Shown: piece by piece, positions 48,637 through 58,992 of the stretch
Numbering within the stretch: position 1 is the first letter of the stretch
How the letters are laid out: each line of letters starts with the position of its first letter
Assembly: GCA_965203325.1 (NCBI GenBank)
Contig: OZ241875.1
Span: 3,040,001 to 3,104,000 of the forward strand
Direction of reading: 5' to 3'
Source of the DNA: a bacterium
Lineage (GTDB): Bacteria; UBA8248
Length of the DNA: 64,000 nucleotides
Program-made: the position numbers and the translations under genes
The notes under the pieces: generated by a model
Databases searched by the model: none
Seen by the model: the letters and a program-made list of their open reading frames with translations, nothing else
Told to the model about the DNA's origin: nothing

Positions 48637-49040
48637 CTCGAATTTCTCCCTGGCAAATGCTTCTGGCCGGAATCCGTTTCAGGTGTCATACCCGTTTTCG
48701 GCGGGCGCGTTTCGTCGGTTCAGGAAGATTACGCCGAAACGACCCTCCATTCATAGCGCTGCACCCGCTCGTTTCGCCTGCTCACGCATCCTCGGCCGGA
48801 CCCGCCGTGTGGAGGACAAGGCGCACCGAGCGTGCCCGGGCCTCGTTTTTTTGCTTGTTGTGCAGGCAGGGGCCATCCTGTATATTGCGGCTATATATCT
48901 CGCCATGTTGCTTACGTGAACCGCACCGGAATCAATCCGGGGGAAGGTTCAATCTTTCTTCTCTTGTACGTGCGGAAACGGGTACGTCCCTGCGTCCGCA
49001 CTCTGAGTCCACGGAATCGGAAGCCAGGGAGGATCATGTA

Positions 49041-50297
49041 ATGGCAACGAGATCGACGGATACCCGAAAGCGATGGTTCAGCGTTTCTCGTCCGGCGGTG
49101 ATAATGACGGTGACGGTTTTCGCCCTGATCGCCGCCTTCAGTTCCCCCGCCTTCGCCGCGAAGAAAGACCCCATCAAAATCGGGGTGCTGTCGTTTCTGA
49201 GCGGAAAGCTCAAGCCAATCGGCGATGAGATCACCACGGGCATCCAGACGGCCGTGAAGATGCACGGACCCGTCCTGGGCCGCTCCATCGAGTTGATCCT
49301 CGAGGACAGCCTGGTGAACGCGCAGGTGGCGGTCACCAAAGCGACCAAGCTCGTCCAGAAAAACCAGGTGACGGCGATTCTGGGAACGAGCACGCTGGAG
49401 GCGCTCGCGCTGCTGCCCGTGGCGAATCGCCTGCGCGTGCCCATCATCACCTCGAACAGCGGTTCGGCCGTCATCACGGGCAGCAAGTGCAACTACTGGG
49501 TGTTCCAGACGAACCCCACCCCCCAGATGGCCGTCGTGGCGATGGACTCGCTCATCAACGACACCCCGAAGTTCAAGGCCGCGAAGTGGTTCACGATGGG
49601 CCACGACTACCCCTGGAGCCGCCGGGTGGCGCGCTCGGTCAAGATCGTCAAGGGCGTGAATTACGTCGGTGAGGCGTATGCGCCGCTCGACACCACGGAC
49701 TGGGCGCCGTTCATCGCGAAGGTCCGCGCGTCGGGCGCGACGGCGGTGGTCATTCCGGTCACCCTGGGCACGCCGCTCGTGCAGTTCATCCAGCAGGCCA
49801 ACGAGTTCGGCCTGACCAAGCAGGCGACCCTGGTGGCGCCCATCGGACTGCCGGACTGGCTCATCGCCAAGCTGGGCGAGTTGTCGACCCATATCGTCTC
49901 GGCGGGCGCGTGGAGCGCGTGGCGTCTCGAGGACACGATTCCCACGACCAAGAAGTTCAACGAGCTCTACTACAAGATGCACGGCCGCGTAGCCGGGATG
50001 CAGGCCATCCAGGCGGGCACGGCGGCCCAGCTTCTGTTCAACGCCATCACGAAAGCGGGCTCGACGGACGGCAAGGCCATCATCGCGGCGCTCGAGAAGC
50101 TCGACGTGGAGGCTCCCGCGGGGAGAATGCGCTTCCAGAAGGACGGACGCATGGCGGAGGTTGCGCTGATACTCGGGCGGATCGAGAAGCTCAAGAAGCC
50201 GAAGTACGGCGCCATGTATGCGCAGTCCGTCAATGCGCTTCCCGCGTCCAAGACGCTCGAGCCGGCGAAGAAGCTCGGCTGTAATTTGAAGAAATAG
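49041..50297 (+). CDS. ABC transporter substrate-binding protein, branched-chain amino acid type
   Basis: GGAGG RBS; signal peptide; IKIGVL...LSG, VLGRSIELILED, DYPW. Confidence 0.88.
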   Translation: MATRSTDTRKRWFSVSRPAVIMTVTVFALIAAFSSPAFAAKKDPIKIGVLSFLSGKLKPIGDEITTGIQTAVKMHGPVLGRSIELILEDSLVNAQVAVTKATKLVQKNQVTAILGTSTLEALALLPVANRLRVPIITSNSGSAVITGSKCNYWVFQTNPTPQMAVVAMDSLINDTPKFKAAKWFTMGHDYPWSRRVARSVKIVKGVNYVGEAYAPLDTTDWAPFIAKVRASGATAVVIPVTLGTPLVQFIQQANEFGLTKQATLVAPIGLPDWLIAKLGELSTHIVSAGAWSAWRLEDTIPTTKKFNELYYKMHGRVAGMQAIQAGTAAQLLFNAITKAGSTDGKAIIAALEKLDVEAPAGRMRFQKDGRMAEVALILGRIEKLKKPKYGAMYAQSVNALPASKTLEPAKKLGCNLKK

Positions 50298-50305
50298 CGG
50301 TTGGA

Positions 50306-51172
50306 ATGGATTGGAATTTCTTGTTCGTCAATTCGCTGAACGGGATCATCTACGGATCGTTCCTGGCGCTGACGAGTCTCGGCCTGAGCCTGGTGTTCGG
50401 CTTGGGCCGAGTCGTCAACTTCGCCCACGGGGTGCTGTACGCCCTGGGGGGATATTTCTTCATCATCCTCCTGCCCTCGCTGGGCTGGGGGGCGATGGTG
50501 TTCGCCCCGCTGGTGGTGGTGCCCCTCGCCATCGCGATGGAATGGCTGACGATCGCCCCCATCCGGAACCGGGATGAAATCTACACCCTGCTCGTGACGT
50601 TTGGTCTTTCCTTCATGATCACGGGCGCGATTGAATATCTCTGGGGCACCGAGACGACCCTGATCAAGCCGCCCGTCATCTTCCAGGGGACGGTGGACAT
50701 CCTCGGCAATCAGTTCCCCGTCTACAGGCTCTTCGCGTCGACGCTATCGTTGTTGGTGACGGGGCTGGTCTTCGTCTTCATCCAGTTTACGCCGGTGGGC
50801 CTCAAGATTCGCGCCATCACCGATGACAGCGAAATGGCCGAAGCGCTCGGCATCAACACGCGGTGGCTGCTCACGAGCATCTTCGGGGGCGCGGCCGGGT
50901 TCGCGGCGTTCGCCGGCGCGCTGGGCGCTCCCATCTTTTCCGTCGAACCGGAGATGGGAATGGGCATCATCATCGACTCGTTCCTGGCGGTGATCCTGGG
51001 CGGCCTCGGCCATCTGCCGGGGACGGCCGTGGGGGCGTTCATCGTGGCGCTCGCGAAATCCATCGGCGGGGGCTACATCGCGGAGTGGGCCATCGCGGTC
51101 TTGTTCCTGGTCGTGGCCGCGATCATGGTGCTTCGGCCCAGAGGAGTTTTCGGTCGTGGCCGCATCGCCTGA
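50306..51172 (+). CDS. Branched-chain-type ABC permease, LivH-like
   Basis: GLSLVFG..VVNFAHG, VILGGLG. Confidence 0.9.
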   Translation: MDWNFLFVNSLNGIIYGSFLALTSLGLSLVFGLGRVVNFAHGVLYALGGYFFIILLPSLGWGAMVFAPLVVVPLAIAMEWLTIAPIRNRDEIYTLLVTFGLSFMITGAIEYLWGTETTLIKPPVIFQGTVDILGNQFPVYRLFASTLSLLVTGLVFVFIQFTPVGLKIRAITDDSEMAEALGINTRWLLTSIFGGAAGFAAFAGALGAPIFSVEPEMGMGIIIDSFLAVILGGLGHLPGTAVGAFIVALAKSIGGGYIAEWAIAVLFLVVAAIMVLRPRGVFGRGRIA

Positions 51173-52160
51173 GGTGGAAAACCTGGTGGAAGACGCCTCG
51201 AGGCTCCGTTCGCGGGAAGTGGCGACGCGGGTGCTGCTCGCCGGCTCCGCACTCCTGGTGCTGGCGGTTCCGTTTCTGGGCGCGAGTCCGTTTTTCATCA
51301 CCCTGCTCACCGAGGCCCTGATCTTCGGCATCTGGGCGATGAGCCTCGATTTGCTGGTGGGCTACACGGGTCTCGTCTCGTTCGGCCACGCCGCGAGTTT
51401 CGGTTTCGCGACCTATGCCGCGGGCATATTCGCCATGAACATATCCGCGGATTTTTTCCTCTCGACCATCATGGCCATCGTCGCCGCCGCCGCGGTGGCG
51501 TTTCTGACCGGCCTGGTGGTGACGCGCCTCTCGGGAATCGCCTTCGCCATCCTCACGCTCTGCATCTGCCAGGTCCTGTTTCAGGTATCCGTCGTGTGGC
51601 GCTCGTTCACCGGCGGGCTGGACGGCTTGATCGGCGTTCCGCTGCCCACGCTCTTCGGCCGGGAGGTGGAGCCCGGCGAGGAGTTCTACCTCCTCACCGC
51701 GGTTACGCTCATCGTCTGCTATCTTCTGCTGAGGAGGGTGGTGGAGTCTCCCTTCGGGAAAACCCTGCTGGCGATTCGCGCGAACGAGGACAGGGCGGCC
51801 GCCATCGGCATCGACGTGAGACGGCACAAGCTGGTGATTCTCGTCATCTCCTGGATGACGGGCGGCGTGGCGGGAACGCTCTTCGTCTTCCTGAAGGCGG
51901 GCGCGAACCCGATGACGCTCTACTGGATCGAATCGGGCAACATACTGGCCATCACGATTCTGGGCGGCATCGGAACGCTGTTCGGCCCGATCATCGGGGC
52001 GATCGGCTTCATATTCATCCGCGATCAGGTGACGACGATGTACCGGGCGTGGCAGTTTTCCTTCGGGCTCGCTTTCGTGCTCGCCGTCTTGTTCATGCCC
52101 TCGGGAATCGCGGGCATCGCCGAGAGAATCTGGAGACGACTGTGGCCGGCGCGTTCGTAG
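51156..52160 (+). CDS. Branched-chain-type ABC permease, LivM-like
   Basis: LLVGYTGLVSFGHA, TGGLDG, AIRANE, LGGIGTLFGP. Confidence 0.9.
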   Translation: MAASPEVENLVEDASRLRSREVATRVLLAGSALLVLAVPFLGASPFFITLLTEALIFGIWAMSLDLLVGYTGLVSFGHAASFGFATYAAGIFAMNISADFFLSTIMAIVAAAAVAFLTGLVVTRLSGIAFAILTLCICQVLFQVSVVWRSFTGGLDGLIGVPLPTLFGREVEPGEEFYLLTAVTLIVCYLLLRRVVESPFGKTLLAIRANEDRAAAIGIDVRRHKLVILVISWMTGGVAGTLFVFLKAGANPMTLYWIESGNILAITILGGIGTLFGPIIGAIGFIFIRDQVTTMYRAWQFSFGLAFVLAVLFMPSGIAGIAERIWRRLWPARS

Positions 52161-52900
52161 TAGAAGGCCTCCACAAGTCCTTCGGCGCCCTGCACGCCGT
52201 GAACGACGTGTCCCTGGACATCGAAGCCGGGCAGGTCCACGCGCTCATCGGCCCGAACGGCGCCGGCAAGACGACGCTGTTCAACTGCATCACCGGATTC
52301 CTCCGTCCCGACGCCGGCAAGGTGTTGTTGAACGGGAGCGACGTTACGCATCTGCCTTCCCACAAGCTGGTGAAGACGGGGATCGTCCGCACCTTCCAGA
52401 TCACCCAGGTCTTCGGCGAATTGAGCGCGCGCGAGAACGTCGAGCTTGCGGCGCGCTCCCGCGAGGGGCTGAATTTCGATTTCTTCCGAAAGGCCAGCGC
52501 CTGCCGCGAGGCCCGCGAAGACGCGGAGGAATCGCTGGAGGTGGTCGGGCTGATCGAGAAGGCGCATCTGCGGCCCGAGGAGCTGGGACACGGGGACAAG
52601 CGCGTGCTCGAGGTGGCGATCGGGCTTGCGCTCAACCCTGAAGTCTTGCTGCTCGATGAACCGACGGCGGGCATGTCCCGAACGGAGACCGAGCGCATCG
52701 CCCGCCTGGTGCGGCAAATCGCGGAGCGCACGAGCGTCCTCCTGGTCGAGCACGACACGGAGGTGGTTCTCTCGATCTCGGATAAGATCACCGTGATGAC
52801 GCAGGGCCGGGTGATCGCCCAGGGACCGCCCGAGCAGATCAGCCGGGACCCCCAGGTGCAGGACGCTTACCTGGGCGCCGTCGAAGTGGGAGAGGATTGA
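52142..52900 (+). CDS. ABC ATP-binding protein, LivG-like
   Basis: GTG 52142; GPNGAGKTT, RTFQ, LLLDEPTAG, VEHD. Confidence 0.92.
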   Translation: MAGAFVVEGLHKSFGALHAVNDVSLDIEAGQVHALIGPNGAGKTTLFNCITGFLRPDAGKVLLNGSDVTHLPSHKLVKTGIVRTFQITQVFGELSARENVELAARSREGLNFDFFRKASACREAREDAEESLEVVGLIEKAHLRPEELGHGDKRVLEVAIGLALNPEVLLLDEPTAGMSRTETERIARLVRQIAERTSVLLVEHDTEVVLSISDKITVMTQGRVIAQGPPEQISRDPQVQDAYLGAVEVGED

Positions 52901-53631
52901 TGCTCAAAGTCTCCTCACTACACGTTCATTACGGGAGCGCCCACGTTCTCCACGGCGTGGATCTCGAGGTGGGCGCAGGCAAAATCGTCTGCCTCATCGG
53001 GCGCAACGGCGCGGGCAAGAGCACGACGCTCAAGTCCATCATGGGTCTCGTGCCCGCCACTTCAGGCGAAATCCTCTTCGAGGAGCAGCGCATCGAAGCG
53101 ATGGCGGCCCACCGGGTCGCCCGCATGGGAGTCGCCTACGTGCCCGAGGACAGGCGGCCCTTTGGCTCCTTGAGCGTGGAGGAGAACATCCGCGTGGCGG
53201 CGCAGGCCAGCCCGAACTCCGACGCAAACGGCGTCAGCGAGGCGTTGGCGTTTTTCCCTGTCCTGGAAGAGCGCGCCAGACAACTGGCGGGGAGCCTGAG
53301 CGGCGGCGAGCAGCAGATGCTCGTGATCGCGCGCGCCCTGGTGGCGCGTCCAAGGCTGATTCTGCTCGATGAGCCGACCGAAGGGCTCGCGCCCAGTCTC
53401 GTCCGCTCCATCAGGGACGGAATCATGAAGACCCGCACGCACGGCCTTTCCATCCTCCTCGTGGAGCAGAACCTCTCCCTGGCGCTGGAGGTGGGCGATT
53501 ATTTCTACGTGCTGAGCCGTGGTTTCGTCGCCTTCGAGGGAACGAGCGAAGAGCTCCTTGCGCGGGAGGACGTAATCGCCGAACATCTGGGAGTCGGCCG
53601 CGTGAAGGAGGCCTTGAGAGCGCGCGAATAA
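52900..53631 (+). CDS. ABC ATP-binding protein, LivF-like
   Basis: TGATG overlap; GRNGAGKST, LSGGEQQML, LLDEPTEGLAP. Confidence 0.92.
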   Translation: MLKVSSLHVHYGSAHVLHGVDLEVGAGKIVCLIGRNGAGKSTTLKSIMGLVPATSGEILFEEQRIEAMAAHRVARMGVAYVPEDRRPFGSLSVEENIRVAAQASPNSDANGVSEALAFFPVLEERARQLAGSLSGGEQQMLVIARALVARPRLILLDEPTEGLAPSLVRSIRDGIMKTRTHGLSILLVEQNLSLALEVGDYFYVLSRGFVAFEGTSEELLAREDVIAEHLGVGRVKEALRARE

Positions 53632-53702
53632 ATGGCTGCGCCGCGCCGAGAAAATCCCGAACCGCTCCGAGCCGCCCTGAACCCCGTAAAAGAGATCACC
53701 CG

Positions 53703-54665
53703 TTGCTTGCCTACGTGCTGGAGGAGAACGGCCCCTCTTTGAAAGAGGTAGCGCGTCCCGAGCCCCTCGCGGATGAAGCCCTCATCCGGGTGAGTCTTGC
53801 AGGCATTTGCGCCACGGACCTGGAGCTCATTCGCGGGTACATGAATTTCCGGGGCGTGCTCGGCCATGAGTTTGTCGGCGTGGTGGCGGGGCCGGAGGCG
53901 CACCCGCTTTTGGGACGCAGGGTGGTGGGCGAGATCAACTGCGGATGCGGGGATTGCCCTTGGTGTGCCCGCGGTATGGAACGGCATTGTCCCGAGAGAA
54001 GCGTCCTGGGCATTCTCGATCGCCCCGGCGCTTTTGCGGAATACACCTGCCTGCCGAGTCGGAACCTGCACGTTCTTCCCGACGCCGTGGAAGATGAGGC
54101 GGCCGTTTTCTGTGAGCCTCTGGCCGCCTGTTTCGAGGTGATCGAGCAGTTCCCCGAGATCGTGGAGCGCGAGGTCCTGGTGATCGGAGACGGGAGGCTC
54201 GGTCTCTTGCAGACCCAGGTGTTGCACGCCGAAGGATCGAGGGTGAGTCTGCTGGGCCGCCACCCGGAAAAAATGGCGCTGCTCGCTTCACGTAAGATTC
54301 CCGTTTGGAGCGATCCCGCGCAGGCCGTCTGCTCCGAAGGAGAGAAATGGCCCGTCGTGGTCGAGGCCACAGGCGCTGCGGAGGGCTTCTCCCTCGCCGT
54401 TTCGAAGACGAAGCCTGGAGGCGTGCTGGTGCTCAAGAGCACGGTGGCCTCCGAAGCTCGCCTGAATCTCTCCGCCGTCGTGGTGGATGAAATCACGGTA
54501 CTGGGTTCGCGCTGCGGCCTTTTCTCGCCCGCGATTCGAGCGCTGGAGACGGGCGCGGTTCGCACGTCCTTGATGGTTCATGGCCGCTTCTCCCTGCGAA
54601 ACGCGCCCGAAGCATTTGAAAGAGCCCGCGAAAAGGGCATAATCAAGGTGCTGCTCCGGCCCTAG
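53703..54665 (+). CDS. Zn-dependent alcohol dehydrogenase-like (MDR) protein
   Basis: GICATD, GHEFVG, CGDCPWC...C, GDGRLG. Confidence 0.9.
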   Translation: MLAYVLEENGPSLKEVARPEPLADEALIRVSLAGICATDLELIRGYMNFRGVLGHEFVGVVAGPEAHPLLGRRVVGEINCGCGDCPWCARGMERHCPERSVLGILDRPGAFAEYTCLPSRNLHVLPDAVEDEAAVFCEPLAACFEVIEQFPEIVEREVLVIGDGRLGLLQTQVLHAEGSRVSLLGRHPEKMALLASRKIPVWSDPAQAVCSEGEKWPVVVEATGAAEGFSLAVSKTKPGGVLVLKSTVASEARLNLSAVVVDEITVLGSRCGLFSPAIRALETGAVRTSLMVHGRFSLRNAPEAFERAREKGIIKVLLRP

Positions 54666-54739
54666 GTATTATTTGTATTTTAGTGTAGAATGGTAAGTCG
54701 ATATTGCTTCATAGGGTGTTGCTCGTTAAGGAGCATGCG

Positions 54740-55636
54740 ATGAGAGGCCTCATGGGGATGGCCTTGATGGTATGGCTCCTTGCTTCGGCTTGGAGCATGG
54801 AGGCGTTTGCGGCCGCGCCGGAGACTCCCGAGGCGATAGAGCAAAGACGCATTTCCCGCCTCGTCTCCCATCTCAGGCGACTGGAAAAGCCTAAAGATTG
54901 GCTGCTGGTCCGCAAACTCTTCTCCTCGGATTCGAACGTCCAGCTCAACGCCCTGTCGAACTGTCCGCTGCCGGAAAATGAATGGCCCTGGTATCTATCC
55001 TCCGATCATCTGAAGAATTACGCTTTTTCAGTGGATTTCATCCCGCTCAACATGGATGCGGACAAGCGCCTCGAAACCCTCATGGTCATCCAGTCGGATC
55101 ACGCCAAGGACCACTACATCACCTTTTGCCTGATGGATGACGACAAGAGCGCCCGCAAGCCGCTCGCCTCCTACAGCGACATGAGCCGTGGGCGGGAGAT
55201 CACCTACCAGGTAGCCGATCTGACGGCGGACGGGTCGTATGAGTTGATCGTCAATACCCGCGAGGGTTCGGACGGCCGCTATTCCGACGCCGTGCGAGTC
55301 ATCAAGCCGACTTCGGAGAACCGCTTCGATCTCATGTGGTTCGCACGCCTGCAAGATGAGTTGAAATGGCCGAAAACGTACGTGGACGACGCGAGAAGCC
55401 GGGCTGTCCAACGGCGTGAAGATCTGCGGGCCAAGGTTCGTTTTCGCTTTAACGGACCGGGAAACCCCGTCACCCTCATTCTCAAGGGGGAGAGGAAATA
55501 TGAGGAGCAGATTTCCAGCCTCAAGGGTGGAAAAGATAAAAACGAGATACTAATCGAACGTTTTCCCATCGAGGAATTCTGGCGGTGGGATAAAGCGAAG
55601 CTGCGATTCGTCCGTGTTTTCGACTCCAGACAATAG
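54740..55636 (+). CDS. Hypothetical exported protein
   Basis: AAGGAG RBS; signal peptide ending AFA; DxD-type loops NMDADKRLE and DLTADGSYE. Confidence 0.7.
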   Translation: MRGLMGMALMVWLLASAWSMEAFAAAPETPEAIEQRRISRLVSHLRRLEKPKDWLLVRKLFSSDSNVQLNALSNCPLPENEWPWYLSSDHLKNYAFSVDFIPLNMDADKRLETLMVIQSDHAKDHYITFCLMDDDKSARKPLASYSDMSRGREITYQVADLTADGSYELIVNTREGSDGRYSDAVRVIKPTSENRFDLMWFARLQDELKWPKTYVDDARSRAVQRREDLRAKVRFRFNGPGNPVTLILKGERKYEEQISSLKGGKDKNEILIERFPIEEFWRWDKAKLRFVRVFDSRQ

Positions 55637-55668
55637 AAAAAGTATATCCGCTTTTCCGGAAAGGTCGT

Positions 55669-57216
55669 GTGAAACCCTTGAACCCACCTTGCCCGGTCAT
55701 GCTCATCGTTCTGGATGGATGGGGATTATCCGATGAGCGCGCGCACAACGCCGTCGCATTGGCCGATACCCCGACCATGGATGCCCTGCTCGCGAGCCGT
55801 CCCCACACCCGCCTGGTCACTTCGGGACGCGCCGTGGGACTTCCCGACGGCCAAATGGGCAATTCCGAGGTGGGTCATCTGAACCTCGGCGCGGGCCGTG
55901 TGGTGGATCAGGACATCGTTCGCATCGACCGCTCCATCGAGAGCGGCGATTTTTTTGAGCTCCCCCCGCTCGTCGATTGCGTTCAAAAGGCCAAAGAGAG
56001 AGGCGGCGCCCTGCACATCATCGGCCTCGTATCGGACGGCGGCGTGCACAGCCTCCAGGATCACGGGGTGGCGCTGGCGCGGCTGGGGAGAAAAACCGGT
56101 GTCGAGCGCATCTTCGCGCACGCCTTCACCGACGGGAGGGATACGCCGCCGCGCTCGGGACTGGAATTCGTCCGCCGCTACGAGGAGAGCTTGAGCCGGG
56201 AGGCAGGGGCCCGACTCGCCACCGTCATTGGGCGTTACTACGCGATGGACCGGGACAGGCGATGGGAGAGAAACGAGCGCGCCTACAGGGCCATGGCCGC
56301 AGGAGAAGGCATTCATGCTCCGAGCGCCGCCGGGGCGATAGAGGCTTCCTATGCGCAAGGCGTGACGGATGAGTTCATCGAACCGGTGGTGCTCACCGAC
56401 AGCGGGCGTCCGGTGGGCTTGATTCGAGACGGCGACGCCGTGATCTGTATGAACTTCCGCGCGGACAGGGTGCGGCAAATCACCAGCGCCTTCACCGATG
56501 AAGGGTTCGACGGCTTCGACGTCTCGGGCGGACCCGCGGTCCATTACGCCTGCATGACGGAATACGACGAGCGCTTCACGCTGCCCGTCGCGTTTCCTCC
56601 CCTGAGGATGGAGGGCCTGTTCCGCCACGCCCTGGCCGACGCGGGGCGGACGTGCCTGAGAGTCGCCGAGACGGAGAAATATCCCCACGTCACGTATTTC
56701 TTTAACGGCGGCGAGGAGGAGCCGTCCCCCGGCGAGAGGCGGCACATGGTTCCTTCGCCCAAAGTGGCTACTTACGATCTAAAGCCCGAGATGAGCGCAG
56801 AAGGAGTAACGGAAGTGGTACTGGACGCCATCGGGCGGGGTGAGGATGACGCTATCGTATTGAACTACGCCAACCCGGACATGGTGGGACACACGGGTGT
56901 CGAGAGCGCCGCCGTCCAGGCCGCCGGTTTCGTGGACGCTTGTCTCGGGCGCGTTCTCGAAGCGCTGGAGGGCGCGGGCGGGGCGGCGGTGGTGACGGCG
57001 GACCACGGGAATTGCGAGACGATGTGGGATGCCGGGAACGATTGTCCGCACACCGCGCACACGCTGAACGAGACGCCCTGCATCGTCGTCGCCCCCGGAT
57101 TCGAGGGTCCTCTCAGAGCGGGCGGCGCGCTTTGCGACGTGGCGCCCACCCTGCTGGGGTTGATGGGGGTCACCCCGCCTCCCCAGATGACGGGTGTGGA
57201 TTTGAGGATTCTCTAG
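55669..57216 (+). CDS. gpmI: 2,3-bisphosphoglycerate-independent phosphoglycerate mutase
   Basis: LDGWG, QMGNSEVGH, SDGGVHS, AETEKYPHVT, NPDMVGHTG, TADHGN. Confidence 0.97.
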   Translation: MKPLNPPCPVMLIVLDGWGLSDERAHNAVALADTPTMDALLASRPHTRLVTSGRAVGLPDGQMGNSEVGHLNLGAGRVVDQDIVRIDRSIESGDFFELPPLVDCVQKAKERGGALHIIGLVSDGGVHSLQDHGVALARLGRKTGVERIFAHAFTDGRDTPPRSGLEFVRRYEESLSREAGARLATVIGRYYAMDRDRRWERNERAYRAMAAGEGIHAPSAAGAIEASYAQGVTDEFIEPVVLTDSGRPVGLIRDGDAVICMNFRADRVRQITSAFTDEGFDGFDVSGGPAVHYACMTEYDERFTLPVAFPPLRMEGLFRHALADAGRTCLRVAETEKYPHVTYFFNGGEEEPSPGERRHMVPSPKVATYDLKPEMSAEGVTEVVLDAIGRGEDDAIVLNYANPDMVGHTGVESAAVQAAGFVDACLGRVLEALEGAGGAAVVTADHGNCETMWDAGNDCPHTAHTLNETPCIVVAPGFEGPLRAGGALCDVAPTLLGLMGVTPPPQMTGVDLRIL

Positions 57217-57318
57217 CGTCCCGGCGTTGCCCCTCTCGCCCCGTTCGGCGAGTATGGAGAGCGGCGGGGAATTTGGCGGTTTCATGGTGAGGAAACACTC
57301 ATTCGGGAGGAGACGGGC

Positions 57319-57999
57319 GTGAGTGAAGGAGTCCCCGATTTTCAGGCGTTGCGCGCGATGTATCACCAGGAAGTGGAAGGGCTGAGCGACGCCCGGCTCG
57401 ACTGGGAAGACCCGTCAGAGGAATGGTCGCGCTGGAGCATCAGGCGGCAGGTAAGCCACGTTGCGCTCGCCTATTTCTTCTGGTGGGTGAAGATGTGGGG
57501 CAAAACCCTCTGGCCGGAGAACCCGCCGGAAGACCCGGTGGATTTCACGAAAGCGGCTCCCAATCAGTACGACCGCAGGCTGGATGAGGAGAAATACTGG
57601 CGGCTCGAGGATTTGCTGCCCAAGTTCGATGAGGCGATTCATTTCGCCGAACGCGCCGCCCAAGGAAAGACGGAAGATGAGTTGAAATCGCTCTCCATCA
57701 CCCGCTCGTTCAAGCCCGAATTGCTGATGGGCGATACGGACCTGCCGGTCTATCGGTTCTGGATGCACGTCTCCACGTTTCACGACGAGGGCCTCGCACA
57801 AGACCCCGAGGATGAGACGAAATTCACCTACACGCTGGCGGGGATGCTCCGGCAGATGTATTGGGAGGCGCTCGTACATTTGCGGACGATTCATCGCCTG
57901 AAGCTCAAACAGGGGCTCACGCCCGTCGCGCAGATACCGCGCGAGGGCTTGTTGCTCGATCCATTCTTCTGGGGACCCGAGGATGAACCCAAGATGTGA
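57319..57999 (+). CDS. DinB-superfamily-like protein
   Basis: WSIRRQVSHV and EALVHLRTI helical-bundle His motifs; GGAG RBS. Confidence 0.6.
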   Translation: MSEGVPDFQALRAMYHQEVEGLSDARLDWEDPSEEWSRWSIRRQVSHVALAYFFWWVKMWGKTLWPENPPEDPVDFTKAAPNQYDRRLDEEKYWRLEDLLPKFDEAIHFAERAAQGKTEDELKSLSITRSFKPELLMGDTDLPVYRFWMHVSTFHDEGLAQDPEDETKFTYTLAGMLRQMYWEALVHLRTIHRLKLKQGLTPVAQIPREGLLLDPFFWGPEDEPKM

Positions 58000-58034
58000 G
58001 GGCGCGCGCCGCCCGCTTATTTGAGGACCTTCCC

Positions 58035-58835
58035 ATGCCGTTCGTAACGCTGGAATCAGGCGTAGAGATTTTCTATGAGGCCCAGGGAGAGGGGCCGCCT
58101 CTCCTGCTGGTGAGCGGAACGGGCCATGACCACACCTTCTGGTCGGCGCAACTGCCCTTGCTGAGCGCGGATTACCGCTATATCGTCTTCGACAACCGGG
58201 GGGTGGGCAAGAGCACGGCGCCCCCTCCGGGATATTCCCTGGCGGACATGGCGGATGACGCCGCGGGCGTTCTGGACGCAGTAGGGGTCGAGCGCGCCCA
58301 TGTGATGGGTTTTTCGATGGGGGGTCACATTTCCACCGAGCTCACGCTTCGCCACCCCGGGCGCGTCGTCAGCCTGGGGCTCCATCACACCTGGGCGAGG
58401 AACTGCCCGCGCCTGGGTTCTTTTCAGCGCGCCCGCATGCGCTTCGCCGCACGCGGGGAGCGCGAGGCGCTCGTGGAACTGAGCCTCCTGGGGCTTTATT
58501 CCCATGAATTCTACGATCGGAATGCCGAGCTTATGGAGCAGAAAAGGCAGTGGCTCACCGAGCAATCCGGCGTCGACCTCGGCTGGGAGGGGCAACTGCG
58601 CGCCTGCCTGGAGGGGGACACACTCGAGCGGCTTCACCGGATACGGGTTCCCACGCTCGTCACCTGTTCGGATCGCGACCTTATCGTCGACACCCACCAC
58701 GCGAAGGAAATCCACGAGCGCATCGAGGGGTCGAAGCTCATCATCATGGAGGGGACGGGTCACGTGGCGCTCATCGAGCGGCCCGACGAATTCGCGCGCA
58801 TCTGCCATGATTTCCTGGCCTCTTTGCCGCCGTAA
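58035..58835 (+). CDS. Alpha/beta hydrolase
   Basis: FDNRGVG, GFSMGG, DLIV, GHVALIE. Confidence 0.9.
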   Translation: MPFVTLESGVEIFYEAQGEGPPLLLVSGTGHDHTFWSAQLPLLSADYRYIVFDNRGVGKSTAPPPGYSLADMADDAAGVLDAVGVERAHVMGFSMGGHISTELTLRHPGRVVSLGLHHTWARNCPRLGSFQRARMRFAARGEREALVELSLLGLYSHEFYDRNAELMEQKRQWLTEQSGVDLGWEGQLRACLEGDTLERLHRIRVPTLVTCSDRDLIVDTHHAKEIHERIEGSKLIIMEGTGHVALIERPDEFARICHDFLASLPP

Positions 58836-58992
58836 TAAGGGATCAGCCGAGCCGCCTTGCCCGGCTCCCGGAAAGTGCCTGAAGCCGCCGCCTGTTTGAC
58901 AAACGGCTTGGGCTTGAGGCAAGAAAAAACCGGTTTTATCCTCATGACTCATCGAACCGTACGGTCTTGGTATTCGGAAAGCGAGGTGCGCC

